Of a DNA stretch of 25,608 nt, positions 7,196 through 16,534 are shown piece by piece. The translations under genes were made by a program, and so were the position numbers. Below the pieces are notes generated by a model. That model saw only the letters and a program-made list of their open reading frames with translations. It was not told where the DNA came from and searched no databases. Each line of letters opens with the position of its first letter. Positions within the stretch are counted from its first letter, which is position 1. The stretch comes from Fonticula alba ATCC 38817 (lineage: Eukaryota; Protista; Nucleariida): assembly GCA_000388065.2 (NCBI GenBank), contig KB932212.1. The stretch is one strand, 5' to 3'.

Positions 7196-10120
7196 ATGTC
7201 CCCCTCTGCTGCCATCCCCCTGAGCGCGCGCCAGCCGCCGACGGCCGAGCACCTGCCCGGCGCGGCGCCAGTCCCCGCTGACGCCCCCGGCGCCATGGTC
7301 ATCCACCCCGAGGACCCGGTCACCGCCAGCATGTTCTACTACCCGAAGGTGGTGACCAAGCAGAAGTTCCTGGACCAGGCCGAGGCCGGCCTGCCGGACG
7401 AGGCCATGATCGAGGTGCCGCGCACGCACCCGCTGGTGGTGGAGTTCCTGGGGCTGCCGGCGCGGGAGATCGCCGCCCGGTACGCCGCCCGCCATGAGGG
7501 GGTCTGCCCGGAGGAGCTCCGCCGCCGGGTGCTGGCCTACCTGCCGCGGCACTTCTGCTGGGCCGGGTCGGATCTCTTCTGCGTGGAGCACGCCCTGGAG
7601 GAGACCTCCACCACGACGGTCACCACCACGGTGGTGGCCCCGGTGGATGCCACCGACGCGGTTCCCGAGCACCTGCCGGCGGCCGATGACGGCGGCGCCA
7701 CCACCCAAACCGAGGCCTCCACCGAGACCACCAACGACCCGGCCGGCGGCATGGTCACCTCTTCGACCACGGTCCGCACGACGTCCATCGCCTCGGGCCA
7801 GGTGTCGGACCTGACCGGCGACGAGGTGGCCGCCGTGGCCCTGGCCTCGGTCGAGGGGGCCGTCTCGTCGTCGGCCTCGGCCCCGGTCCCGGCCCCGGCC
7901 CCGGCCCCGTCAGCCGGCTCCTGCGCCGGATGTGGCGGTGCCGCCTGCGATGGCGCCGGCGAGGGGCCGGTGTCGCATGCGCTCGCCAGCAAGAGCGCCA
8001 TGCCGCTGATGGCCACCACCCGCACGGTGACCGAGTGCTCGACCACGGTGGAGCTCCGCCGCGGCCGGCAGATGATCATCATCGAAACCAACTCCTGTCC
8101 CAGCGGTGTCAAGTCCATGCCGTGGGCCGTGCACGCGGGCCTGGCCGCCGCCGGGCCGGACCCGGCCACCAATGCGGCCACCCGGGCCGCCGAGCCCGCC
8201 GACGCCGCCCCCCCGGCCACCGGGCCGGATGCCATGCTCGGTGGGTACATGCGCATCGCCCGGGACACCTTCATGCCGCTGATCAAGCGCCACACGCGCC
8301 GGCATCCGGAGCTGGCCTCCGGCCGGCTGGCGGTTCTGTACGACAAGAACCCGATGGAGGCCCGGGCATATGCCCATGCCTTGGCCCGGGCCAGCGGCGA
8401 GCCGGTCCTCTGGGCCGAGTGGACCCAGCACGATGTCCCGGCCGAGGGCCCGGTGGACTTTGCCCGGAGCCCGCTGGTCCGGCGCGACGCCCAGGGGGTT
8501 ATCTGGGTGCGCGAGGGCCCGACCACTTGGCATCCCCTGCGCGCGGCCTTCCGGTATGTGACCCAGCGCCCGTGGAACCGGCTGCCCGCCACCCCGGTGG
8601 CCGGCGGGACCCTGGTCCTGAACCCGGTGCTGGCCTGCCTGGCCGGCGGCCGGAACAAGGCCATCGCCGCCTATGCCTATGGCGCCTTCAATGCCAATGA
8701 TCAGCACCGCCGGTCGGGGCTGCAAATCCGCGCCCCGGCCACCTGGCCCAGCATCACCCTGGATGAGGTGGAGATGAGGGTGCGCAATCTCCAAGGCCAC
8801 GCCGTGGTCAAGGTGCCCTACGCCAATGCCGGCCAGGGGATCTACACCATCACCAATGACGCGGACTTGCAGGCCTTCCTGGCCGAGGAGCGAGCCAAGG
8901 CCAGTGCCGCCGGCGGCCCCGGCGGCAGCTATGACCGCTATGTGGTCCAGCGCCTGATCGGCCACCGGGACTGGTCGGGGGCGCTGAGCCTGCCCCCGGC
9001 CCCGGCGGCGTCGGTGGTCCCGCCGCTGGCGACCCTGTCCACGGCCGGCGGTCCGGCCCCGGGCGCCGACGAGACCACCGCCTCGGCGTCGGGGTCCTCC
9101 TCTTCCGGGGGGGGGCTTGGCGTGGTGGCCGGTGCCGCCCCTCATGCCACGGCCCCCGGGGCTGTGCTCTCGCCGACCGGGGCCGCCGCCGCCGCCGCCG
9201 CCGCCGGGTCGGCGGCCTTCGGTGACCTGCTGCCCGGCCAGACGACGTCCCTCCTGCCCGGGGCGCCGGCCATCGTGTACCCGGGGAATGTGGAGCTGGC
9301 GGCCGATTCGCAGCAGTCGGCGGCCATGGCCGCGGCCATGGCCGCCGTCTCGGCCATCCCCACCACCACCAAGACCTCGCACTCGACCACCGTCACCCAG
9401 CAGATGGAGCGCGTGTATCACCAAAACCGCCGGTGCCTGGGGGACAATGCCGATGGCGACCCCTCCTCGGATGAGCCCTTCTATGTGGCGGACCTGCGCA
9501 TGATGGTGGCGGCGGACTTGCGGCCGCGCGGCGGCCCGGACGCCGACCCCGACGACCCCTTCACCCTGCTGGAGGATGAGGCCGCCACCGCGGCCAACCC
9601 CAACCGCATGATCTTCCGGCCGATGGCCATCTATGCCCGGCGTGCGGCGGCCCCGCTGGAGGCCAACCTGGACAAGGCCTCGGCCACCAGCTGGGACATG
9701 CTGGGCACCAACCTCAGCGAGAAGCGCCCCGATGGCACCTGGACCACGGCCACCCACCGGCTGATCACCGCCGACGAGGAGCACTTCCCCACCCTGGGCC
9801 TGGACCTGGATGACCTGATCGATGCCTTTGTCCAGACGTGCATGAGCGTGGTGGCCATCGACCAGATGGCCGATGACTTGCTGGTTCGCCCGGCCGCCGA
9901 CCAGCCGCCGCCGCCGCCGTCGCCGGCACAGCAGCACCCGTCGGGCCAGGCCGACCTATGTGGCGGTGGCCCTGCCTCGCCTCGGCCGGTCGGCCGGCCG
10001 GCCGATGCCGGCCTCGTGCAGACCGCCTTCGACCGGGAGAAGTTCAGCGAGCTGGTCAAGAATGACGAGGCCTTCATGTCGGAGGTGGCTCGCGGGGACT
10101 TCGTCAGGCCGCCGCAGTAG
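7196..10120 (+). CDS. Uncharacterised ATP-grasp amide ligase, circularly permuted motif order, single coding exon, 974 aa with long low-complexity insertions
   Basis: Open frame with strong C/G third-position bias. Motifs: WAGSDLF (D at 7571), MIIIETNSCPSG (E-x-N at 8084-8092), AVLYDKNPME, AAFRYVTQRPWNRLP, LNPVLACLAGGRNK, AVVKVPYANAGQGIYTI (K at 8810), YVVQRLIG (Q at 8948), VADLRMMV (9491-9499), SWDMLGTNLS. These match ATP-grasp lid, nucleotide-binding and metal-binding motifs. The start was placed after the CA repeat and acceptor, not at the ORF-track start 6890. Confidence 0.8.
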   Translation: MSPSAAIPLSARQPPTAEHLPGAAPVPADAPGAMVIHPEDPVTASMFYYPKVVTKQKFLDQAEAGLPDEAMIEVPRTHPLVVEFLGLPAREIAARYAARHEGVCPEELRRRVLAYLPRHFCWAGSDLFCVEHALEETSTTTVTTTVVAPVDATDAVPEHLPAADDGGATTQTEASTETTNDPAGGMVTSSTTVRTTSIASGQVSDLTGDEVAAVALASVEGAVSSSASAPVPAPAPAPSAGSCAGCGGAACDGAGEGPVSHALASKSAMPLMATTRTVTECSTTVELRRGRQMIIIETNSCPSGVKSMPWAVHAGLAAAGPDPATNAATRAAEPADAAPPATGPDAMLGGYMRIARDTFMPLIKRHTRRHPELASGRLAVLYDKNPMEARAYAHALARASGEPVLWAEWTQHDVPAEGPVDFARSPLVRRDAQGVIWVREGPTTWHPLRAAFRYVTQRPWNRLPATPVAGGTLVLNPVLACLAGGRNKAIAAYAYGAFNANDQHRRSGLQIRAPATWPSITLDEVEMRVRNLQGHAVVKVPYANAGQGIYTITNDADLQAFLAEERAKASAAGGPGGSYDRYVVQRLIGHRDWSGALSLPPAPAASVVPPLATLSTAGGPAPGADETTASASGSSSSGGGLGVVAGAAPHATAPGAVLSPTGAAAAAAAAGSAAFGDLLPGQTTSLLPGAPAIVYPGNVELAADSQQSAAMAAAMAAVSAIPTTTKTSHSTTVTQQMERVYHQNRRCLGDNADGDPSSDEPFYVADLRMMVAADLRPRGGPDADPDDPFTLLEDEAATAANPNRMIFRPMAIYARRAAAPLEANLDKASATSWDMLGTNLSEKRPDGTWTTATHRLITADEEHFPTLGLDLDDLIDAFVQTCMSVVAIDQMADDLLVRPAADQPPPPPSPAQQHPSGQADLCGGGPASPRPVGRPADAGLVQTAFDREKFSELVKNDEAFMSEVARGDFVRPPQ

Positions 10121-11217
10121 CGAGCCGGCCAGCGCGGCCGGCCCCTTTGTTCCCCGCGCCGCCAGCGGGGCATACACTGTGCATGCATGATGTGACACCA
10201 CCGGGGCCCCGGCGATCGGATCGGCCGGGCGAGAGCGGCGCGAGGAGGGGGGAGAGGACTCACGCCGGCAAAGACCACCGCGAGCGAGGGCGCGACGCCG
10301 CCGCCGCCGCCGCCGCCGCCGGGAGAGCGACGCGCCAAGGAGCAAGGCCACTCGCGCACGTGCACGCGCCTGTGCGGCCCTCTCCCATGGCGCCGGGCCA
10401 CATGCGCGCGCGTGGCCGCGTGGCCGTGTGCCTGTCTCTGCTTTCCCCCCGATGTGTTCCCTCTCTCTCGCTCTCTCGCTCTCCCTCTCTCGTCCTCCCC
10501 TCCCTCCCCCGCTGCCCTGCTACCTCCCTCCCCTCTCTCCCTTGCTCCCCCTCCCCTGTGGCGGCCTCCCCGACCTAGACTGGGCACCGGAGTGTGATGC
10601 CTGCTGCCTGTTGCAGCTAGCGCGCCGCGCCGGCTGCCTTCCACACCCACACCCACACACACACACACGCCTTTTCATCCCCCATTTGTAAAATATCAAC
10701 ACACTCCCAAAGTCATCCCCGCACCGCCCTGCCCTGCCCTGTGTGCGTGTGCGTGTGTGCACATTTCTGCCATGGGAGCCCCGGGACACGCTCGCGTCAC
10801 ATGGCGAGCCCATGCACATTCCCATTCCATAGCGTTGTACCCACGCTCTGCACATGCGGGCCGTAGGCGCGCTCGCACCTCAGCCATTCCTGCCCCGGGG
10901 CTCCCATGTGCGCCCCCGGCCCGTGCGCAGTGTCAGCTCGCCCCCCCCCCCCCCCCCTGGCTGAAGCATCAGTTGTACGTGGGTGTGCGTGGGTGCGTGC
11001 ATGGGCGCGCATCGGCGTCGGTGTATCCCCGCGCCAGATGCGTGCCTCGTCTATTGGGTTGGGTCAGCAAGCCAGCTTGGCAGAAGGGGGGAGGAACCCC
11101 CGGGGGGATCACGCTAGAATACATGAAAAGAGGAAGAGGGGGGGAGGGGGACAAATGAAAGAGAAGGCAGTAACACAAGGACAGAAGGGGGTGGCCAGCA
11201 CCGAGGCGCCATCCATG

Positions 11218-14169
11218 CTAGTCCTGCTTCGATGACGGGGCCGCGCCCCCGGTCGATGTCGGACTGCGCAGAGACTGCCGGCTGAAGATCCCCGCGTAGG
11301 GCACAAGCCCGGGGCCCGGGCCGCTGGCCGGTCGCCGGGCAAACGGCCCCGACCCGGCGTCCATCCCGCCGACGGCACTGCTGCCGCCTCCCGGGGCCAG
11401 CGGCCCGGAGGCCGACCCACTGAGCGCGAATTCCCCATGCGGGCCCAGGAGCCCACCCGTGCCGGACGACCCGGCGCCAGCACCGGACCCAGCCCCCCCG
11501 GAAAAGGCGAAGGGCTGGCCCCGGCGCCGGCCGAGCCCCGGCCGCGGGGACACCAGCGCCCCGGCCGCCGCCGGCAATCGGGTCCGCCACCAGGCGGTAT
11601 CCAGCGAGTAGGTCCGCAGGAGGTTGTCCCCCTCATCGGTGTCGCCCGGGCCATCCGGGCGCTCTTGCAACGGCGGGTACAGGGAATTCTCATCATGAAT
11701 GGAGGCCATGCTGGGGACCCGATCAATGCCGGACCCAGCCCCGGCGGCCCGGGCCACCAGCCCGCCGCCCATCGGACCCCCGGGACCATGCTCCGACAGA
11801 AGCGAATGCTGCTGCTCGAGGGCACTGGCGGCCACGGCCGCACCACCGTCACCGGCCCCGCCATCCGGCGGGCACTCGCACTCCGCGCCATCCGGCCCGG
11901 CAGGAGCCCCACATTGGGGGCACTCATCCGGCCCGGCGATCGGCGAGTCGGGCGGTGCGTGCTCCCCGACCGCGGTCTGGTGGCGCTGCTGCTGCTGCTG
12001 CTGCTGCCCGCCTGCCAGGCCGGCCGCCGGGTCCACATGAGGCACCCCCTGGATCAGCTCATACCGGCCATTGACGAGCTCCATGTGCACGATGCCGGCA
12101 TTCTTCAGCTGCCCGGCCCGGTCGAACTTTTCCACACTCCACCGGTAGTAGCGCATCAGGAAGAGACGAATGGACAGCCCGTGCGAGACAATGACAATGG
12201 TCCGCGGCCGGGCGGCCCCCCGCCGGCGCATCAGCCGATTCAAGGACTCCAGGAAGAGCGACACCCGGTCGAAGACATCGGCCCCGGACTCGCCGCCGTC
12301 CGGGAACCGGAAGAAGAACCGCCCCAGGCGGCTGCGACGCTCCCACAGGGCCCGCTGGGCCTTCTCCGACCGGGGCTGCAAATTGCCGCAATCCTGCTCC
12401 CGGAGCCGGGGGTCCTCGATGACCCGCGGCGAGAAGTCCATCCACTCGGGCGGGATCTCCTCCTGGAGAGCCTGCAGGGTTTGCTTGCAGCGCTCATAGG
12501 GGGAGGTGTAGAAAAGGAGCAGCTCATTGTGCCCGGACCCGAGGCCCAGATGCCGGCCATCGGCCGACCCGGCCGGGTGCTCCTGCTGGCGCTCATCCAT
12601 CCGGTCGTACATGCGCACAAGCCGCGTGAGCCGGGCCCCGGCCGCGCGGGCCTGCTCCCGGCCGCGCTCGGTCAGGCCGATCTGGCTGTCCGGCGTGCGG
12701 GAATACACCGACGGGTCGACATTGGCCTCGGATTCCCCATGGCGGACCAGCAAAATCCGCCGGGGGGCCGTTCGCAGGAAACGCCGGTTGTCCGCCTCCT
12801 CGATCCACCGGAGCAGCAGCGCCCCGATGGCATCGCGCAGCCGGGCCAGCAGGGCCGTCAGCAAGTCCCCCAGCCAGAGGGCCCATTGCCGCAGCAGCAG
12901 CACCGGGGCCAGCAGCAGGCGCCACAGCCCGGCCACCGTCGGCCCGGAGGCCCCGGATGGCGAGGGGCCCGGCGGCCGGGAAGCCCGGTCGAACCTCGAC
13001 CCCGGGCCCGGGGGTCCATCCGCCGGGCGCGGCGACGACAGGCACGCCTGCAGCCAGGACCCCAGGCCAAAGAGGTCGCCCAGTCTGGCGGTCGGCTCGG
13101 AGGGGGGCGGGAAGGGGCGCTTCGTCCTCGGGGCCGGCTGGGAAAGGAGATCCTGCAGCGAGGCCTCCGACCGGAGGCTGGCCGACCGGGAGGCGGGGCC
13201 CTCCGGGGTCGAGCCCCCGGCCGTCACCATCGGCAGGGTGCCGGCCGTCAGGATCTGCGACGCCGAGGGCGACGAAGAGGTGGTGGAGGCCGGCGAGAAG
13301 GGCCCGGCCAGGTGGCCTGACATGCCGGCCCCCGGGCCCGGGGCCCCCCGGCGAATGGTCACCGCCCCGGGGGAGATGACCGGCAGCGGGATGGACGGGG
13401 CCGATGCGCGGCGCTGGCGCTCCGGCGTCACTTGCAGCAGGCTGGTGAGGGACTTGCCGCGGAGGGGGGCCGACCCGGGCCCGCCGGTGGCCGAGGCCGG
13501 GAAGCCTGCCGGCCCGGGGGAGGGCTGGCGCTGGGGGCCCGAACCCCCGGGGTATGGGCCCTCCTCGGCCACCGGGGCCAGCGGCCGCAAGTCGGGCCGG
13601 CTGATGATGATGGTCGGGTTCGGGGCCGGGGGCGCCACCAGGCTGTCCAGGGTGTCTCGCGAGGAGGAGGAGGAGGAGGAGGAGGAGGAGGGGGAGGTGG
13701 TGGAGGTGGAGGCCGGGGCGGAGGAGGACACCTCAGTGCTGAGGGCCATGTGTGTCAGCCCGCCGGAGGGGTTGACCTCGATGCTGGAGGACTCGTCGTT
13801 GGACGAATCGGCCGGGCTCAGGGATGCGTCTGCCGGCTGCCCGGGGATCCGGCTCATGGTGATGAAGCGCGGGCTGTAGGGCAGCGGCCGACGACCGGCC
13901 CCGGCCGAGCTGCGTGACACATGCGATGCTGGGGCCGGTGCGGTGTGGGGATCGCCTCGCGGGAGCGCCAGCGGCTCGGCGACGCCTCCAACCGGCGTGG
14001 GGCCCTGGGTGGTGGCGGGCCCCGCATCGTCGGGGGGGCTGAGCGGCTGCTCGATGGCCTCTCGCGAGGAGACGGGCGAGATCGGGCCTGGTGCAATCAT
14101 GGGCGGTGGCGGAGCAAGTGCTGACGGTGATGACGGCGAAAGTGCATGACACTCTTCGGTGGCACCCAT
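11218..14169 (-). CDS. Histidine phosphatase superfamily branch 1 (phosphoglycerate mutase-like, Det1/AT74-like broad-range acid phosphatase), 983 aa with long disordered N- and C-termini
   Basis: RRILLVRHGESEAN (RHG at 12737-12745), LTERGREQA, FYTSPYERCKQT, DPRLREQDCGN, GRFFFRFPDGGESGADVFDRV and IVIVSHGLSIRLFLMRY (second His at 12181-12183). First plausible ATG at 14169 (MGATEECH...). The ORF track extends it to 15918 only by reading through Ns. No intron is needed. Confidence 0.85.
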   Translation of the reverse strand: MGATEECHALSPSSPSALAPPPPMIAPGPISPVSSREAIEQPLSPPDDAGPATTQGPTPVGGVAEPLALPRGDPHTAPAPASHVSRSSAGAGRRPLPYSPRFITMSRIPGQPADASLSPADSSNDESSSIEVNPSGGLTHMALSTEVSSSAPASTSTTSPSSSSSSSSSSRDTLDSLVAPPAPNPTIIISRPDLRPLAPVAEEGPYPGGSGPQRQPSPGPAGFPASATGGPGSAPLRGKSLTSLLQVTPERQRRASAPSIPLPVISPGAVTIRRGAPGPGAGMSGHLAGPFSPASTTSSSPSASQILTAGTLPMVTAGGSTPEGPASRSASLRSEASLQDLLSQPAPRTKRPFPPPSEPTARLGDLFGLGSWLQACLSSPRPADGPPGPGSRFDRASRPPGPSPSGASGPTVAGLWRLLLAPVLLLRQWALWLGDLLTALLARLRDAIGALLLRWIEEADNRRFLRTAPRRILLVRHGESEANVDPSVYSRTPDSQIGLTERGREQARAAGARLTRLVRMYDRMDERQQEHPAGSADGRHLGLGSGHNELLLFYTSPYERCKQTLQALQEEIPPEWMDFSPRVIEDPRLREQDCGNLQPRSEKAQRALWERRSRLGRFFFRFPDGGESGADVFDRVSLFLESLNRLMRRRGAARPRTIVIVSHGLSIRLFLMRYYRWSVEKFDRAGQLKNAGIVHMELVNGRYELIQGVPHVDPAAGLAGGQQQQQQQRHQTAVGEHAPPDSPIAGPDECPQCGAPAGPDGAECECPPDGGAGDGGAAVAASALEQQHSLLSEHGPGGPMGGGLVARAAGAGSGIDRVPSMASIHDENSLYPPLQERPDGPGDTDEGDNLLRTYSLDTAWWRTRLPAAAGALVSPRPGLGRRRGQPFAFSGGAGSGAGAGSSGTGGLLGPHGEFALSGSASGPLAPGGGSSAVGGMDAGSGPFARRPASGPGPGLVPYAGIFSRQSLRSPTSTGGAAPSSKQD

Positions 14170-14361
14170 GCTGTGTGGGAGCGCACGAGAGAGGGAGACC
14201 GAGAGAGAGAGAGAGAGGGAGGGGGGGGAGGCGGCAGGAGGAGGGAAGGGAGGGAAGACGGAGGGAGGGAAGCGGGGGCAGGGATATGCTTGGCCGATCG
14301 GCGAGGCGGGCAGGGGGGGGGGGGGGGTGCCTGCGGGAGGCATGCTCCCAGCCCGGGGGCG

Positions 14362-14895
14362 NNNNNNNNNNNNNNNNNNNNNNNNNNNNNNNNNNNNNNN
14401 NNNNNNNNNNNNNNNNNNNNNNNNNNNNNNNNNNNNNNNNNNNNNNNNNNNNNNNNNNNNNNNNNNNNNNNNNNNNNNNNNNNNNNNNNNNNNNNNNNNN
14501 NNNNNNNNNNNNNNNNNNNNNNNNNNNNNNNNNNNNNNNNNNNNNNNNNNNNNNNNNNNNNNNNNNNNNNNNNNNNNNNNNNNNNNNNNNNNNNNNNNNN
14601 NNNNNNNNNNNNNNNNNNNNNNNNNNNNNNNNNNNNNNNNNNNNNNNNNNNNNNNNNNNNNNNNNNNNNNNNNNNNNNNNNNNNNNNNNNNNNNNNNNNN
14701 NNNNNNNNNNNNNNNNNNNNNNNNNNNNNNNNNNNNNNNNNNNNNNNNNNNNNNNNNNNNNNNNNNNNNNNNNNNNNNNNNNNNNNNNNNNNNNNNNNNN
14801 NNNNNNNNNNNNNNNNNNNNNNNNNNNNNNNNNNNNNNNNNNNNNNNNNNNNNNNNNNNNNNNNNNNNNNNNNNNNNNNNNNNNNNNNNNNNNNN
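14362..14895. other. Assembly gap
   Basis: Run of N, followed on the right by a G homopolymer. Confidence 1.
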
Positions 14896-16534
14896 NGGGG
14901 GGGGGGGGGATGCCCGCCCGCCGTCCCCTGGAACTCGATCATCCCCAGGCCGACCGGGACGGAACTGTACCTGGGAAGTAGCCCACCCCCCCCAGGCTGG
15001 GACAGCGTGAACATAAACTACCCCCCCCATGCTCGGCGCCTCCGCCCGCGAGGGGTGGGGATAGGCCGGCGGCCAGCCGGCTGGAGCGCATCTTTTGGCA
15101 GGTCTTTCCGGGGCGCACGCGCCGCAGGGAGGGCGGCTGGACATATACTGGGTACAACAGCCCCCCCCCCCCCCCGGGCAAGGGGCGCCTGCACCTGGTG
15201 GGGGAGAGCCCCGGGCACCGTACTCACCAACGGCAGGGGGGGGAGAGGGGCGGGAGCCGCGCGCACGCGTTCCTGGTGCAATGCCACACCGAGAAGACGG
15301 CCTCCGCCGTATGCGACGAGACGCGCTTGGCCGAAGAGACGGCGAGGGCCGCCGGCCCACCCCTGGATAGACGAGCCAGCGGGGCATCCCCCGGGCTTTT
15401 GGCTGCCTTCCCCGAAGAGAGGGGCCGTGCCAGGGGGGTGGCAGCCCTCGCCGGGGAGGAAGTCGCGCGTCGGGCCGCGAAGCCTGGGCGAGATCCTCCG
15501 CGTCCCCCGCGCGCATCCCCGAGTCCGGGGGCATGTGCCCAGGCGAGGGGAGACAGACACAGGGGCTGAGAGCTGGCCGACGCCTGGCCGGCGATCCCGA
15601 CGGATTGCCGCACTTTGACATTCGGGCGTGATCCTCCCCGGGGCTGGTCAGCCGCGGCGTGTTCACGTGCGGGGTTCTCGGTTTCACGCCGGCCGTGCGC
15701 GTCGCCGCCCCCGCCGACGAGGAAACAAACTCCAGGGTGAGGCACACGCATCGCCTGGCGCCCCGTAGCCCGGCCCCGGCGGCTGGCGCACACCGCACCC
15801 GCCGGGCGTTAAGGCGTCCGCGGGGCGAACAACGCACGGGCTCCGCCCCCCACGACCAAGTGCCGCAGGGGGGGGGGGGGGGGGGGGGAGGAAGCAGAGG
15901 CCGGGCCAGTGCCCGCACCGCGCTGCCCCCACCGCTGCCGCCGACACAGCCTTCCTCGCGTGCTGGGCCAGCTTAGCAGAGCAAGGGCGTTGGAAGGCCG
16001 ATCATTCAATTAACGTGCCACCTACTCTGTCCGGCCGGCTGGCGCGTATGCGCGCGCGACACGCAAGTGCCTTGCTTTGGCGGCTGCCGGCCCGGCCGGG
16101 GGGGGGGGGCGAGGCTCTGGCGCCCGCGAAAAAGGCAGCGGCAGTCGGGGGCGGCGGCAGCGCGCGCGCGCGCGCGTCAATGTTTTCATGCTTATGCCCC
16201 CGAGCCGAGGGTCCGGGGGGGGGGGGCTAGTAGGGCGGCAGACCGGGTCGGGTGACCGCTCACGCTTTGTGCCCAGCCAAGGGCCAACTGGATCGCCCAG
16301 GCCCAGTCGGGGTAGAGGGGGGGGGGGGGGAAACGCATCGAGTCCGCCTTCACGCCTGCAAGCATGCCGCGGGTGCATGCGCACCCGGAAGAGACCCGCG
16401 GAGGAGCGCACGGCCAAGAAACAAGGGGCGCCAGGCCACTCCTGATGGCCGGACGGCCCGCCCGCACCCCCTGAGTGAAGATCCCGCCCCCCCCCCCCCC
16501 CCCCCCTCTTCTCCCCCTCCTTTCCTTTCTCTAA

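Noticed and set aside
7589-8060. Intein or unspliced intron explanation for the ATP-grasp insertion
   Set aside because: No C/S...H-N intein termini or endonuclease motifs, no consensus donor or CA tract, and the codon bias matches the flanking coding sequence.
10427-10712. Possible 3'-UTR intron of the ATP-grasp gene (GTGTGC ... CA tract ... AAAG)
   Set aside because: The donor and acceptor both deviate from the local consensus, and there is no frame test available in a UTR.
11437-13320. 627-aa + strand ORF antisense to the phosphatase
   Set aside because: No recognisable motifs. Long antisense frames are expected opposite GC3-biased genes, where stop codons are rare; the same applies to 7910-9937, 7537-8664, 21412-22986 and 22856-23761.
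14170-15918. N-terminal extension of the phosphatase to 1566 aa in the ORF track
   Set aside because: It depends on reading through 534 Ns and (CT)n sequence, and the translated region is motif-free. Donor-like sites on the minus strand (e.g. GTGAGT near 15227) more likely belong to UTR exons.
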